Source of the DNA: the human T2T-CHM13v2.0 reference genome, Homo sapiens
NCBI RefSeq assembly: GCF_009914755.1
Contig: NC_060927.1
DNA length: 64,000 nucleotides
Reading direction: 5' to 3' (one strand)
The notes under the pieces were generated by a model. That model did no database searches and was not told where the DNA came from. It saw nothing but the letters and a program-made list of their open reading frames with translations. The position numbers were made by a program, and so were the translations under genes. Shown here in pieces: positions 28,988-42,665 of this stretch (position 1 is the stretch's first letter; each line of letters starts with the position of its first letter).

Positions 28988-29105
28988 GGAGAGAAAAAAG
29001 AGGAAGCAAGAGAATGAGAGAAAGAGAACGAGAAGGGGAGAAAAGATGAAAGAAAAGAAGAGAAAATAAGGGAGAGAATGAGAGTGAGAAAGGAAGATAA
29101 AATGA
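28988..29105. repeat. GA-rich low-complexity polypurine tract
   Basis: Almost purely A/G over ~115 bp. Confidence 0.8.
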
Positions 29106-30255
29106 AAGTATTGGATGGTATTTGAAGGGCAGACTTATGGGCATGAAAGAGACTATTAAATTATAGTTGAAATTAGAGAGCATGGGGTGGGGGTAAAAGC
29201 GGAATGTTAGTTCTTGCCTTACTAAAAATCAGTTATTCATACTTCATTTTGACTTTGTGTTTTCTCAAGCAAGTGACTTATCTTTTATGTGGGTGTTTTT
29301 ATATTGCCTTGGAAGGGAAATGTTTATTAGCTACCTTTCTCTTACTTTTAATCAACCCCAAAACCCCATCAGCATTCTTTCTTCTGATGCCTCATTTGTC
29401 TACTGTAGCCTGAAAATGAAATATCTGCAGACAGAACTATATTAAAATGCAATGAATACTCCTCTGTCAGAAGGCCTTGAGCTGAGTTTTTCTGGTGTCT
29501 GGGGGAAGCTATGACCCCGTCATCCATGCTTCTGCCCTCAGTCTCCTTTTTATGCATGCATATACTTGGATATGGGACGTAGACAAACAGTTTCAGCAGC
29601 TGACATCCTCTGAGTTCAGGGGAAAAGTTATGATTATTCTGGGTGATTGTAGCTTTTTGCAGCAGAAGAGTCATATTATGCAAAACTTACAAATGAAGAG
29701 AACTGGCAGTTGTGATTAGTGGTTCTTCTCTTCTGTGGTATGAAAAGGAGTCAACCTGGGTACATCCCCTATTTCCAGAAGACAGGTATATTACTTAAAA
29801 TAGAGTCATAAATTAATTATGTGGCTTTGAAATCTGGGCATTTTTGTTATAATTAAAGGGATTTTATATACATTGTTTACTATGGTATTTTCAGCACCTA
29901 GAAGAGCACCAGGAAAATTGTAAGTGCTCAGTGAATGATGATGAATCAATGAGAAAAAAATCACTTTAACTTTCTGGGCAATGGTCAGCTCATTGTTCCC
30001 AGTCTTAGTTTAGAGGGTGCCCAGCTGTGACCTCTAGATGTGGAGCACCTAGGACTCAGCTTATTATCAGAGCAACTTCCCTCTGACCATGGTAATTGAT
30101 TCAAGAGTGAGTTCAGGGGTGTGGCAATTCCAGGTACTTCTGGAAAGTGAGAAAAGTGGTCTAGGGCTAGGATTTCGTATTATACCTGTAATAGGGCATA
30201 GACCAAATTTTAGTATTTTTGAAAGTTAAAAAAACAAAACCTCACATTAAAAAAA

Positions 30256-30326
30256 GATAGCACCACTGCACTCCAGCCTGGGCAACAGAGAGAGTGACTC
30301 TGTCTCAAAAAAAAAAAAAAAAAAAA
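30256..30326 (+). mobile_element. Extremely 5'-truncated Alu (~50 nt plus A tail)
   Basis: CACCACTGCACTCCAGCCTGGGCAACAGAG...TGTCTC followed by a ~20-nt A tail; AAAAAAAG flanks. Confidence 0.88.
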
Positions 30327-31408
30327 AGTTACCAGCAGTTCTGCCTTCTAGGGTAAAAATGGTAATTAACTTTGAAGTAGACTATCCTCTGTTTCGAGAA
30401 AAGCCATTTAGCATGCCTTTCTGGTTTATGTCAATGTGAATATTTTGTGTAACAAGGGAAGATCTGAAATGATAAGATTTCTGTAGAGTAACATAAACTG
30501 AGGACATCTTTTAATAGAAGTCACTCCTCCAGATAATTTCCATTACAGAAATTTTCCTTAAACTTCCCTATGCCTATACATTATCACATGTTCTCATGGA
30601 ATTGCATGTGTCTGTCCTTCAGTAGTTGCTTAGAAGAACAGGAGGACTAGAGGGATATGTGGCCTGAATATCCATCACTTCTCCCACGCTCCCTAAGGAA
30701 ATACTGTGAAAGAAGAAGATTGTGATTGGTATATAAACCCTGGACTATGTTATTAGTGCCTTAGCATTATTTTATCTAATACTGAATGATCCAGACAAGA
30801 AACATATTATCAGATTATTGAGGCATTTTTTTTCTTTTGGGGAATAAGAAGTTGGACTCTATCCCTAGAGTTAGAAGAAGGTGTTTCCCTGAGAGAAATA
30901 GATATGCACTTTTTCAGTCATCTTGCGGCAAAGCTAATCTACAGATGGATTTAGAGAGGAAACCTTGCAATTGGGTGATGAACTAATTTTCTCCTATTTC
31001 TGAGTCTAGAGAGTTGGCTATGAGCTTGAAAGATGGAAATACCTGGGTTGTGGTCAGTTGGGCCATGTAACATAGAGATTAGCCAGGACTTAGGCAGAAG
31101 GGACCCTGAGGTTTGGTGTGAGTGTCTAGTGCTAAAAGAATCCACTGCTGTAGCAAGTTTATGGTCTCTTCATTATCCCCAGGTCTTCAGTGAAGTCTTG
31201 TTAAAAGTTACAAGAGTTGGTCTCAGCTATGCTATGGGTAAAAGGACAATAGAGTGGGGTGGAGGAGTTACCATTTCTTTATTAATTATAGAGTACCTAT
31301 TATGATCTGGGCATGCTCCTATGCACTAGAAATGAACAAATTTTCAAGTTTCAACAAACTTGAAAAAGCCTCTTATTGTCACCTTATATATTATTTATTT
31401 ATTTTATT

Positions 31409-32043
31409 TGTTTTTTTCTTTCTTTTTTTTTCTTTTTTTTGATAGGTTTTATTTATTTGTTTATTATTATTATACTTTAAGTTTTAGGGTACATGTGCAC
31501 AATGTGCAGGTTTGTTACATATGTATACATGTGCCATGTTGGTGTGCTGCACCCAGTAACTCCTCATTTAGCATTAGGTATATCTACTAATGCTATCCCT
31601 CCCCCCTCCCCCCACCTCACAACAGTCCCCGGTGTGTGATGTTCCCCTTCCTGTGTCCATGTGTTCTCACTGTTCAATTCCCACCTATGAGTGAGAACAT
31701 GCAGTGTTTGGTTTTTTGTCCTTGCGATAGTTTGCTGAGAATGATGGTTTCCAGCTTCATCCATGTCCCTACAAAGGACATGAACTCATCTGTTTTTATG
31801 GCTGCATAGTATTCCGTGGTGTATATGTGCCACATTTTCTTAATCCAGTCTATCATTGTTGGACATTTGGGTTGGTTCCAAGTCTTTGCTATTGTGAATA
31901 GTGCCGCAATAAACATACGTGTGCATGTGTCTTTATAGCAGCATGATTTATAATCCTTTGGGTATATACCCAGTAATGGGATGGCTGGGTCAAATGGTAT
32001 TTCTAGTTCTAGATCCCTGAGGAATCTCCACACCGACTTCCAC
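31409..32043 (-). mobile_element. L1PA3/4-like 3' end (5'-truncated); ORF2 C-terminus fragment
   Basis: ORF 31674-32051 ends in the ORF2 terminus (...[10 protein letters not shown]); L1 3'UTR; TSD TTATT(T/C)ATTTTATT at 31395-31408 and 32044-32057. Confidence 0.95.
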
Positions 32044-32089
32044 TTATTCATTTTATTAAATGTCTTCCTTTATTAGATTGCATGTTCCA

Positions 32090-33000
32090 TGAGATAAGTA
32101 CAGAGAAAAAAATAACAAAGGAGGGCGAGGGATAGAGAGTGATTGGTGAGTATGGAAGGCCCTTGAATGAGTGATTTGTAATTGGAGCTCTGAAGGAAGT
32201 GCGGGAGCAAGCCAGGTGGATATCTGATGGAGAGCATCTCAGGCAGAGACCAGCAATTGCTAAGACCCTAAAGTAGATGCACTGTTATTGTGTGTCTCAG
32301 TTCATTCATGCTGCTGTAAGAAAGTATCACAAACTGTATAATTTATACATAATAGAAAATTACTTCTCACAGTTCTGGAGTCTGTGAAGTCCAAGATCAA
32401 GGTGTTGGCAGGTTCGGTGTCTGGTGAGGGTCTGGTCTCTGCTCCTAAGATGGTGCCTTGTTGCTGCATCCTCCTGAGGGAATGAGAGCTGTGTCCTTAC
32501 ACATCAGGATGGACAGAAGGGCAAAGGGGCCTACCTAGTCCTCTCTGGCCCTATAAGGGCAGTAATCCCATTCCTGAGGGCTCTGCCCTCGTGACTTAAT
32601 CAGCTACTAAAGGCCCCACCTCTTAATACTATCATATTGGGGTTTAAGTTCCAGCATATTAATTTTGGAGACACACATGCATTCAAATCATTCAAATCAT
32701 AGTGCTTTGTTTGAGGAACCTGAGTAATAAATCCAAAAGACCAAGAGCACAGTCAGTGAAGGGGAGGCTAGTAGGAGAGGAAATCAACAAGGTAAGAAGT
32801 ATTTTAGGTCATCACAGAGACTTTGGATATTCCTCTGAATAAGATGGAAAGGTCTCAGAGTGCTTGTAACAGAACTGACATAATCTAACTTACATTTTAA
32901 AAGGATAACTCTGGCTAAGGAGTGGAAAATGGACTCTAGAGAATAATAGCAAAGCGGCGAGACCAGTTGGGTAGTTTCTGCAATAGTCCAGGTGAGGGCT
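32090..33000 (-). mobile_element. L2a remnant split by an MST LTR
   Basis: GCAAGCCAGGTGGATATCTG...; CATTTTAAAAGGATAACTCTGGCT; TGCAATAGTCCAGGTGAG. Confidence 0.65.
32291..32704 (-). mobile_element. MSTC/MSTD-like MaLR solo LTR
   Basis: TCTCACAGTTCTGGAG..GAAGTCCAAGATCAAGG; AAAGGCCCCACCTCTTAATAC. Confidence 0.85.
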
Positions 33001-33706
33001 GGCTTTAGGTCAATGACTTCATTCTCAGCCCACACTCAGTCTGATTCTCTCAGTCTTTAAATTTGGTTTATTCCTTTATGCTAGCACTCTTCACATCTGT
33101 CTCTGTCAGTGGATAGAGACAAACTATCAAGCTTGCAGCTAGCATTTATATTTAGCAAGCTCTGTTTATACCTAATAGATGTTCAATACAGTTCTGTTAA
33201 AATAAGTATAAATATATCTGACTATGGAAAAAAGGAGTATAATCCCTTGATACTTATTAAGACATTGAGATAGATAATCTTCAGTTAGGGTGAATTCAGA
33301 ACCTAAAGCAGACAGGTGCTTAGCAGAACAGGGATCTATAGATAGGGGCAATCAGAGAAAGAAAGGCTTTACAGTAATAAGTGTAAGTCTTCCAGGAAGC
33401 AGTTGGCTCCTAAGATATTCTTTTCTGCTTAGAACCCTCTCACCACAGTGTGAAATAGGCATCCATTGGTTGGGGTGGGTTGGGGTTGGGTGTGTGAGTC
33501 ACACCTCTTGAAATTTCCATATTGCTTGGATTTGTGCAATAGGCATGAGGAACAGAAATAGATATAGCAAGTGCAACAGAAAGGATTACTTCACTTTGCA
33601 TGATTGAGGCAGATATTGTGTACATCAGGGACTCGATTTTGAGAAATTGTGTCTAGACTGTAAGTGGTCTGCAATAAGTCTATCAGCTCTGCTACTAGGT
33701 GGCAGA

Positions 33707-33925
33707 ATAATAACCAGCATTTATTGAGTGCTTATAGCCTGGGCCAATAACTTAATATTTATTAATAATTATTATCCTTAGATCATTTCTTCAAAAATGT
33801 TACCATCTTAAGAAGAAACTAAGGCTGTAAGACATTATATAGCTTTCCTAAAATTACTTGATTATTAAGCTGTGAAGGCAGAATTCAATATCATGGCAGT
33901 CTGGCTCCTTAGTCTATACTCCCTA
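33707..33925 (-). mobile_element. MIR
   Basis: ATAATAACCAGCATTTATTGAGTGCTTA...GAAGAAACTAAGGCT. Confidence 0.6.
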
Positions 33926-34331
33926 TAGCACTTGGCTTCAGACTTCAATAACAAGGTCAGAGATAAGATTTGATATAAAGAAATATCATAAGATTAAAAG
34001 AGATTTTGTACAAGAACCTTCAGAAGATACTGCCCCAACCACCTCTCTTTAAGGATTCAAGTATTCTTAATAAGTGGGATATGAGTAGTAAGCACATAAA
34101 CCATATAGTAGTTGAATTTGATATAGTATTTGTAACTGACATTTATACTTAACAGCCAGTAAACTATATCTAATTAATTCTACAATGTGCAACACTTTTT
34201 AAATAACTCTTTTGCTGTCTTCCGTAGATTCCCAGGTTAGAAGAAACTCTCAAGGGAAAAGGAGTGTCTATACTAATAATACTGTTATTATCTCAGTTTC
34301 TTATTTGGATCCACAAACAAACATCTACTTA

Positions 34332-34410
34332 CTAAATTGGTACAAAAGCGATTATGGTTTTGGCATTGAAAGTAATGGCAAAAACCACAATCACTTTTGC
34401 ATCAGCCTAA
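34332..34410. mobile_element. MADE1 mariner MITE
   Basis: ~80-bp near-palindrome TTGGTACAAAAG...AGTAATGGCAAAAACCACAATCACTTTTGCATCAGCCTAA with TA at both flanks. Confidence 0.9.
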
Positions 34411-34476
34411 TATTTGCCCTGCAGATACCCCTGGATGCTAGATTAAAGTTGCCATGAGGACTGACCATGTAGAATG

Positions 34477-34639
34477 GTGTTTCTCAAAGTAGAATCCTTG
34501 GACCACTCACCATAGTATCACACAGGGAGTTCGCTGAAAATGTGTAGTCCTGGATCTCACTTCAGACCTATTGGATTAGAATCTTTGATAGAATCTTAGA
34601 TAGGCCCACAAATCGATAAACTCTCCAAAGGTTTCTTAT
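34477..34639. mobile_element. MER5B-like MITE
   Basis: GTGTTTCTCAAAGT...GGACCAC...CAGACCTATTGGATTAGAATCT. Confidence 0.55.
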
Positions 34640-34760
34640 CAGTGGTATGCTCCTAAATGTTTAGCACTTGGCTCTTGGGGGAGAGAAGAAAACCCTGACT
34701 TACAGCATTTACTAGTTTTTATCAGGGACTATTTTCACTGCTCTGTAGTTTAAGCTTGCA
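34640..34760 (-). mobile_element. MER63-like hAT fragment
   Basis: CAGTGGTATGCT..TAAATGTTTA..GGCTCT..AAAACCCTGA. Confidence 0.5.
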
Positions 34761-35612
34761 GCTAACATTTATATTTAGCAAGCTCTGGTTTACCTTGCCT
34801 CCTTTCTAGCAAACAGTTAAATCTTTCTGTTTGATAGTTGCTGCCAGTCACACCTCTCCTCCTTCCCTTCTTCTCCCCTTCCCGCTGCAGCCAATCCTCC
34901 TCTTTTTGGTGAGTGTATTCCTTCCTCCCACAGCACTAGGGAGATGTCCACTAGTTCTCATTTGTGTTCCACATGTAGCTTCATTTTGCATGTGGCTAGC
35001 AAAGCTGGAATTTCCAGTGCAGCTTCTCCACCTTTTCTTCTGAAATAACAATTATGTAAAAAGAGGCTACAAGAATAAAGGAAATTTAAGGAACTGATCA
35101 GACCTGGGAAAGGAAGGCTGCTGCCTTAGACTGGAAGCTGATTAGCTGTCGTCTCTTCACTCCAGAGAGAAGTGACCCAAAGTTCTCCACCCCAACCACA
35201 GAGTCAAACATATTGCCTCCTTCATGCTGAGGCTGACCTCAGAGCCAGGTGCAGTCCTGTCTTCCATCTCATCATGCTGCACCTGGTAATGCATCCCTGT
35301 CATATTCTTCTCAATAAACCTTGTAATGCCTGCTCTTCTTAACACCTGGGGCCTGACCCCTGAGCAACGATCTCAGAAAGATGACCCTAAAGTTTCTTTC
35401 GTCTGTTGCAGGATTATCATTATACATCAGTGGGCTTTTCTTTTCCCAGTAGGTAATCAGTTTGGTGGCTACAGAGCCCTGTGGCATGAGGATCTGAATC
35501 ATATGCCCTGGCTTATCCTGCTGTGAAACTTCATTTGAGGTGTTCACAGTGCAGCCTTCCATTTTCCACCCGTAAAAGACAAATAGTGATGTCATAAAAG
35601 CTCCCACCCGGA

Positions 35613-35613
<1 letters not shown>

Positions 35614-35656
<43 letters not shown>
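35614..35656. repeat. (AC)21 microsatellite
   Basis: Perfect run. Confidence 0.97.
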
Positions 35657-35657
<1 letters not shown>

Positions 35658-36233
35658 CCATTTCATGGGCATATTTAAAAGATAAATAGGTATATTCGTG
35701 TTATCAGTCCTGGACCAATCCTTTAGTTGGCTGGATGACAATGTTGGAATTGTTTGGCATGCCGTGTAAAGGTGTAGGATTTTTCAGAGAGCTTAGAATG
35801 GGCACCTGGTCTTTTCACCACCAGAAGGAGATGGTGACTGCTGAAACTGTCCAAAACAAAATCTTCTCAAGTACACTGTTCTTGCAGTGAGGACATTGTT
35901 TTATCCCAACCAAATTCTTCAACTAATCCCATGTTTTCTTGGTTTGTCCTCACAATAGATGAAGGACATTTGGCCATGATTTCTGGTATAAATGTCTATC
36001 TCATAGGCCAGGACCTCCATTAAGTTATTCCTTGGTCTTTTCCCATTCCATGAGCATGGCCTAAGTACTGAATGCCAGGTGAATACTCATGTGAATAAAG
36101 CAAAACTCTGCCCACAAGAATAACAATACAAGCAGCAAAATAGGTAAAACATGGAGTGGAAAATTATAAGAAAGGAGAAGATCGATGCTAAGATGGGAAT
36201 GCATGTAATGGAGTAGTATAACAATTCCCCCCC

Positions 36234-36578
<345 letters not shown>

Positions 36579-36601
36579 TAATAATCAAAGCATGTCTCTC
36601 T

Positions 36602-37893
<1,292 letters not shown>

Positions 37894-37974
37894 TAAAATC
37901 TTTTCAAATTGCTTCCATATCATTTTTGTTGAGGAACTCTCCTTCGAATCTGGTACCAGAGAAAGAGCTTAACC

Positions 37975-38438
37975 CAGAGTTCCCAAACTCTCTTGTGTCT
38001 TCATATGTTTTTCATGATACCCCTTGCCAATATTAGAATATTTTTCATGATGCCCCTTGCCAATAAAAATTTATTTGTTAACTAGTTGGACCAAAACAAC
38101 TTAAAAAGTCTTTATGTCCTAGCAACTTAGTGGCTGCTTAAAAATTAATACACATAAATTGAAATAAAAAAAGTTTTTAAAAATTTATTTCTTAAGTAAA
38201 CACAATTGCTTACCAATGGGATGTGTGATTCTACTGCGCAGCTTTGCAATCCTGGCATTCAGATTGGACATTAACACCCTCATGTCCTATTCCACATTGA
38301 TTTTTACATGGCCTTGCTTTTCATCACCTAGCTTTGCAAAGCAATGATATCATTGAAAAGATAAAATGTCTCTCAGTGCTGATATAAGTTTATGAGTGTG
38401 CCCCCAGAGAACCTCACCACATAGTTAGGAAACTGTGA
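37975..38438 (+). mobile_element. MER119-like hAT-Charlie element
   Basis: GTTCCCAAACT start; TTATGTCCTAGCAACTTAGT, AATGGGATGTGTG, CAGATTGGACA; contains a 25-bp tandem duplication at 38008-38065. Confidence 0.7.
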
Positions 38439-38479
38439 GGCTAACTGATGTCAAATAAAATGACAAATAAAAATATTCA

Positions 38480-38595
38480 TGTTAATAATGTGGGAGGCTA
38501 TGCATGTATGGGGGCAGAGGTTATACAGGATGTCTCTTTATCTTCCTGTCAATTTTATGTGTGAATCTAAAACAGGTCAAAAGAAGTCTTTTTTA
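38480..38595 (+). mobile_element. Old L1M 3' end fragment
   Basis: GTTAATAATGTGGGAGGCTATGCATGTATGGGGGCAG. Confidence 0.6.
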
Positions 38596-40076
38596 AAAAA
38601 GAATATTTACTAACATAGTAATCACCTTGTATGATGAACACATTGACTTATTATCAGACTGCACAAGTTTGACCTTGTGTAATTATTCCTCTACACTACT
38701 ATACCAACCCTTCTCAGATAAGCTCACCCTGCATGCACACTCATTCAATTCTTTTTTAGAATGCAAGTTACTCCACCACACTGAGATAATGCATGGTAAA
38801 AACAGAATACAGCCAGTTAAATTACAGGTTTGTATCTCAAACTTTAATCCAGGGTATCATGGCTTAATCCAAAACCATCTCTCTTTCTTCCTCTCTTTCA
38901 TGTCCTTCCTCCCTCTTCCCCCTTCCTCTCTTTAGCTTTACTTGTTTCCTTCATTCATTCACTTTTTTTTACCAATTATATTAAGCATCTATAATATGTT
39001 ATACAACTGTGCAAAGTACTGGGATCCTGTGCTGAGCAAGGAAGACTTGGTCCCTGTCACATGGGATTTAAAATCCACCTAATGATATACTTATTTATTC
39101 ATTCAAGCAATGCATACTCATGTCGCACCCACTCTATTTCGGGATCTTAGCAGTCACTGGGGTCACAGTGCTGAGTCACCAGTCAATTGCCCTTGAAATG
39201 TCTCAGGCACCGGCTCTTGATTTCCTATTGAAACTCTCTTCTTTTCATCACCCAGACCTCTTTGCTCTCCCTGGGATATGCTGCGGGCTCTTTTTATTTT
39301 TTTTTGTAGGGGACGGGTGGTGGGGGTCATCTCCACAGGAACTCAACTCTCAATGAAATTACTTTTCTCCTAATTTCATGCCATTGCTCAGTTCCAATAG
39401 AGATGATATACATTGTTTTCCAGTTGGCACCTATCAATTTACTTTTCCTGTAAGCTTCTACTGTTTGTCAGACAATTACTGGTATAGCTGTGATAACTAT
39501 ACTTACACAATACAGCAATATGCTTAAGGGAAACATTATTCTTTAAATAAAAAAGTTGTCTTAATCACAACACACAGGATTGGAAGCCTCTTTTCATATA
39601 GTAATAATAATAGTAATATTTAACATATATGATCAAATTGTAATTACATGATATTCTTGCAATGTAGTCATTGATCTGTTAATTCATTCTTTCATTTGTT
39701 GTGTATTTATTGGAATATGCTTCAGATATGCAAGTAAACAAGACAATTCCTGCCCACTGGGGCTCATAGTCTAGTCAGAAAGATAGAAAATGAAGCATAT
39801 ACAGTATAATAAGTGACTGCATGGAAACATTTTTAGGAACTATAGTTACTGGTTAAATACTAAGCATGCAGCGACACACTATTGTTACACAAGATTTTGT
39901 AATGACATAGAAAAACATTAAATCATACATGAAGTAAAAAAGTATAAAACAGTACGTACAATATAACAACAACCAAAAAACTACTGGAAATACATATACC
40001 ACAATATCAGTAGTAATTATTCCTAAGTGATAGAATTGTAAATTATATTCATCTTGAAAATTTTAATCTTCTAGAT

Positions 40077-41139
40077 CAGCACTGTCCAATAGAAATGTAA
40101 TGTAAGCTATATAAAATAAGTTAACATTTTCTAGTAGCTACGTCTTAAAAGTAAAAATATATTAATTTTTATATTTTATTTAACCCAGTATGTCAAAAAA
40201 TATTAAACATGTAGTCAATATAAACTCTTGTAATGAGGTGTTTACATTTCTTTTGTTCATGAGTCTTTGAAATCAGATACCATACCACTTATGAACCATA
40301 ATCAATGGTTATGATCATTTGAGATCATATGAGATCACTTATGATCTCATAAGTGAGATACCATCTCACGCCAGTCAGATTGGCAATTATTAAAATGTCA
40401 GGAAACAACAGATGCTGGCGAGGCTGTGGAGAAATAGGAACGCTTTTACGCTGTTGGTGAGAGCATAGTTCAACCATTGTGGAAGACAGTGTGGCGATTT
40501 CTCAAGGATCTAGAACCAGAAATACCATTTGACCCAGCAATCCCATTACTGGATATATAACCAAAGGATTATAAATCATTCTACTATAAAGACACATGCA
40601 CATGTATGTTCATTGTAGCACTATTTACAATAGCAAAGACTTGGAACCAACCCACATGCCCATCAGTGATAGATTGGATAAAGAAAATGTGGCCCATCTA
40701 CACCATGGAATACTATGCAGCCATAAACATGGATGAAGCTGGAAGCCATCATTCTCAGCAAACTAACCCAGGAACAGAAAACCAAACACCACATGTTCTC
40801 ACTCTTAAGTGGGAGTTGAACGATGAGAACACATGGACGCAGGAAGAGAAACATCGTGCACTGGGGCCTGTTGGGGGATGGAGGGCAAGGGGAGGGAGAA
40901 CATTAGGACAAATACCTAATGCATGTGGGGCTTAAAACCTAGCTGGCAGGTTGATAGGTGCAGCAAACCACCATGGCACATGTATACCTATGTAACAAAC
41001 CTGCATGTTCTGTACCTGTATCCAAGAACTTAGAGTAAAATTAAAAAAAAAAATCAGATGTGTATTTTCAATTCAGAGTAGCTACACTTTAAGGGCTCAG
41101 TAGCCACAAATGGCTAATGGCTATTGTTAAGACAGAAAG
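40077..41139 (+). mobile_element. MER33 hAT-Charlie element split by an L1PA insertion
   Basis: CAGCACTGTCCAATAGAAAT start; resumes GTGTATTTT...TAGCCACAAATGGCTA after the L1. Confidence 0.85.
40354..41050 (+). mobile_element. L1PA8-like 3' end (5'-truncated)
   Basis: TGAGATACCATCTCACGCCAGTCAG through the 3'UTR and A tail; TSD AAATCAGAT at 40270-40278 and 41051-41059. Confidence 0.92.
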
Positions 41140-41239
41140 TTCTAAATGTTCTACAATGAACTCGTATTCCATTTGTTATAAGGAAAAGCAAACAGTTTTT
41201 TAAAAACTGCTGTTGGAAAAGGAAAGAATTAAATGACAA

Positions 41240-42045
41240 AGGTACTATGTGTGTAATAAGAGGGGAAATGAAAGTCTGTCTGTCTGTTTGGAAGTTAAAT
41301 TGAAGCAGAGATTGAAAAGATGAGTAAGATTTTGCCAAATACGTAAGAGGGTAAAAAGAATGTTGCATGTATAGGGAATGTAGCTTCTTCAAGGCTACAG
41401 AGATGAGATCAAGATTGAGGAACTGCAACTTGTTTGGGGACCTGCAGTAGTTCCATGTGTCTGGAACATTTGGTGATGAAGTGATGGCAAGAATGAAGCT
41501 TCATAGACATGTGTGGCAAATGATCAAGGACCTTGTAAGTCACAAGGAAATTTGACTCAATGGAAAGCCACTGAAGGGCTTTGAGCATGGGCATGACATG
41601 ATTATGTATACATATATATATATATACATAACATGCACATTTTAAAAAAAGATATAATATTGACAGTACTGGTCAAGATAAAGGTGGAAAGGTAGAGGCA
41701 AAGAAACTAGTTAATGCCCAATGTTAAAGGTAACAGAAAGTAAGATATTGTGGAGGTGAGATACCATGCACTGGTGTTTAATTGAGAGAGAAAAAAGTAA
41801 CTTATAAGATAACTCTTAGGTTCTAGGGAAAGCACTAAATGTAAGTTTGGAGCTGGCCTGAGTGCCAGGAGGGTAGTGGTGTGTTCATTCACCAAGCATG
41901 GGAATACCAGGGAAGTAATACATTTCTGGGGAAAGTCAATGAATTCAGATTTATGATGAGTGAGGTTCAGGTGCCTCTTAGACATCGAGGTGGACACATT
42001 CAGGAAAAGGATAAAAATGGGTCAGGAGACCAGGAAGAAGTCTTG
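41240..42045 (-). mobile_element. L2 remnant
   Basis: GGAAAGCCACTGAAGGGCTTTGAGCATGGGCATGACATGAT; GGTGCCTCTTAGACATCGAGGTGG. Confidence 0.65.
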
Positions 42046-42211
42046 TCTCTACTTTTTGTTGTTATTGTTCATTTTTCATTCATTTTTCCAGATCTCTAGT
42101 CCACTCTCATTCCCTGACATATTACTAATGATACTTTGCCATCTTTTTCCTTTTTCTCTTACAAATTCTCCATAATTCTTTCATTCGCCTTTCAATCTCC
42201 ATTTATATACC

Positions 42212-42450
42212 AGTAATAATAATCCATAAAATTTACTGGATGCTTACAATGTGCCATGCTGTATTTAAGTGCATTGTATAAATCATCTCACTTATTCCTC
42301 ATAACAGCACTTTACAGGGTTTTACAGGTGAAGAAACTGAGGTTCAGAGAACTCAGAGTAGTTTGGCATGGTCCCATCTCTGGTATGGCTGGAGCTGGAA
42401 TTCAAACTCAGGTGACTTGGCGTTCCCTAATGACTCTCAACTTTATGTCT
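42212..42450 (-). mobile_element. MIR
   Basis: TTTTACAGGTGAAGAAACTGAGGTTCAGAGA core. Confidence 0.75.
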
Positions 42451-42665
42451 TAGGCCTAAGGTAATTCTGTATCAAGTGCTTCTCTTAAACTCCATATTTG
42501 TATGTTGAAGTTCTTATTGGGTATTACTACCCTTTGGCGGTTGCCATTGTAAGCAAAACCCCTTCCTGATCTGGCCTTACCCATCTGGTCTTATCCTGTA
42601 CCTCTCTCCTTCTCACACTCTACACTTGGGCTCTGCTGAACTACTGGCAGCCAAGCAAAAACACA

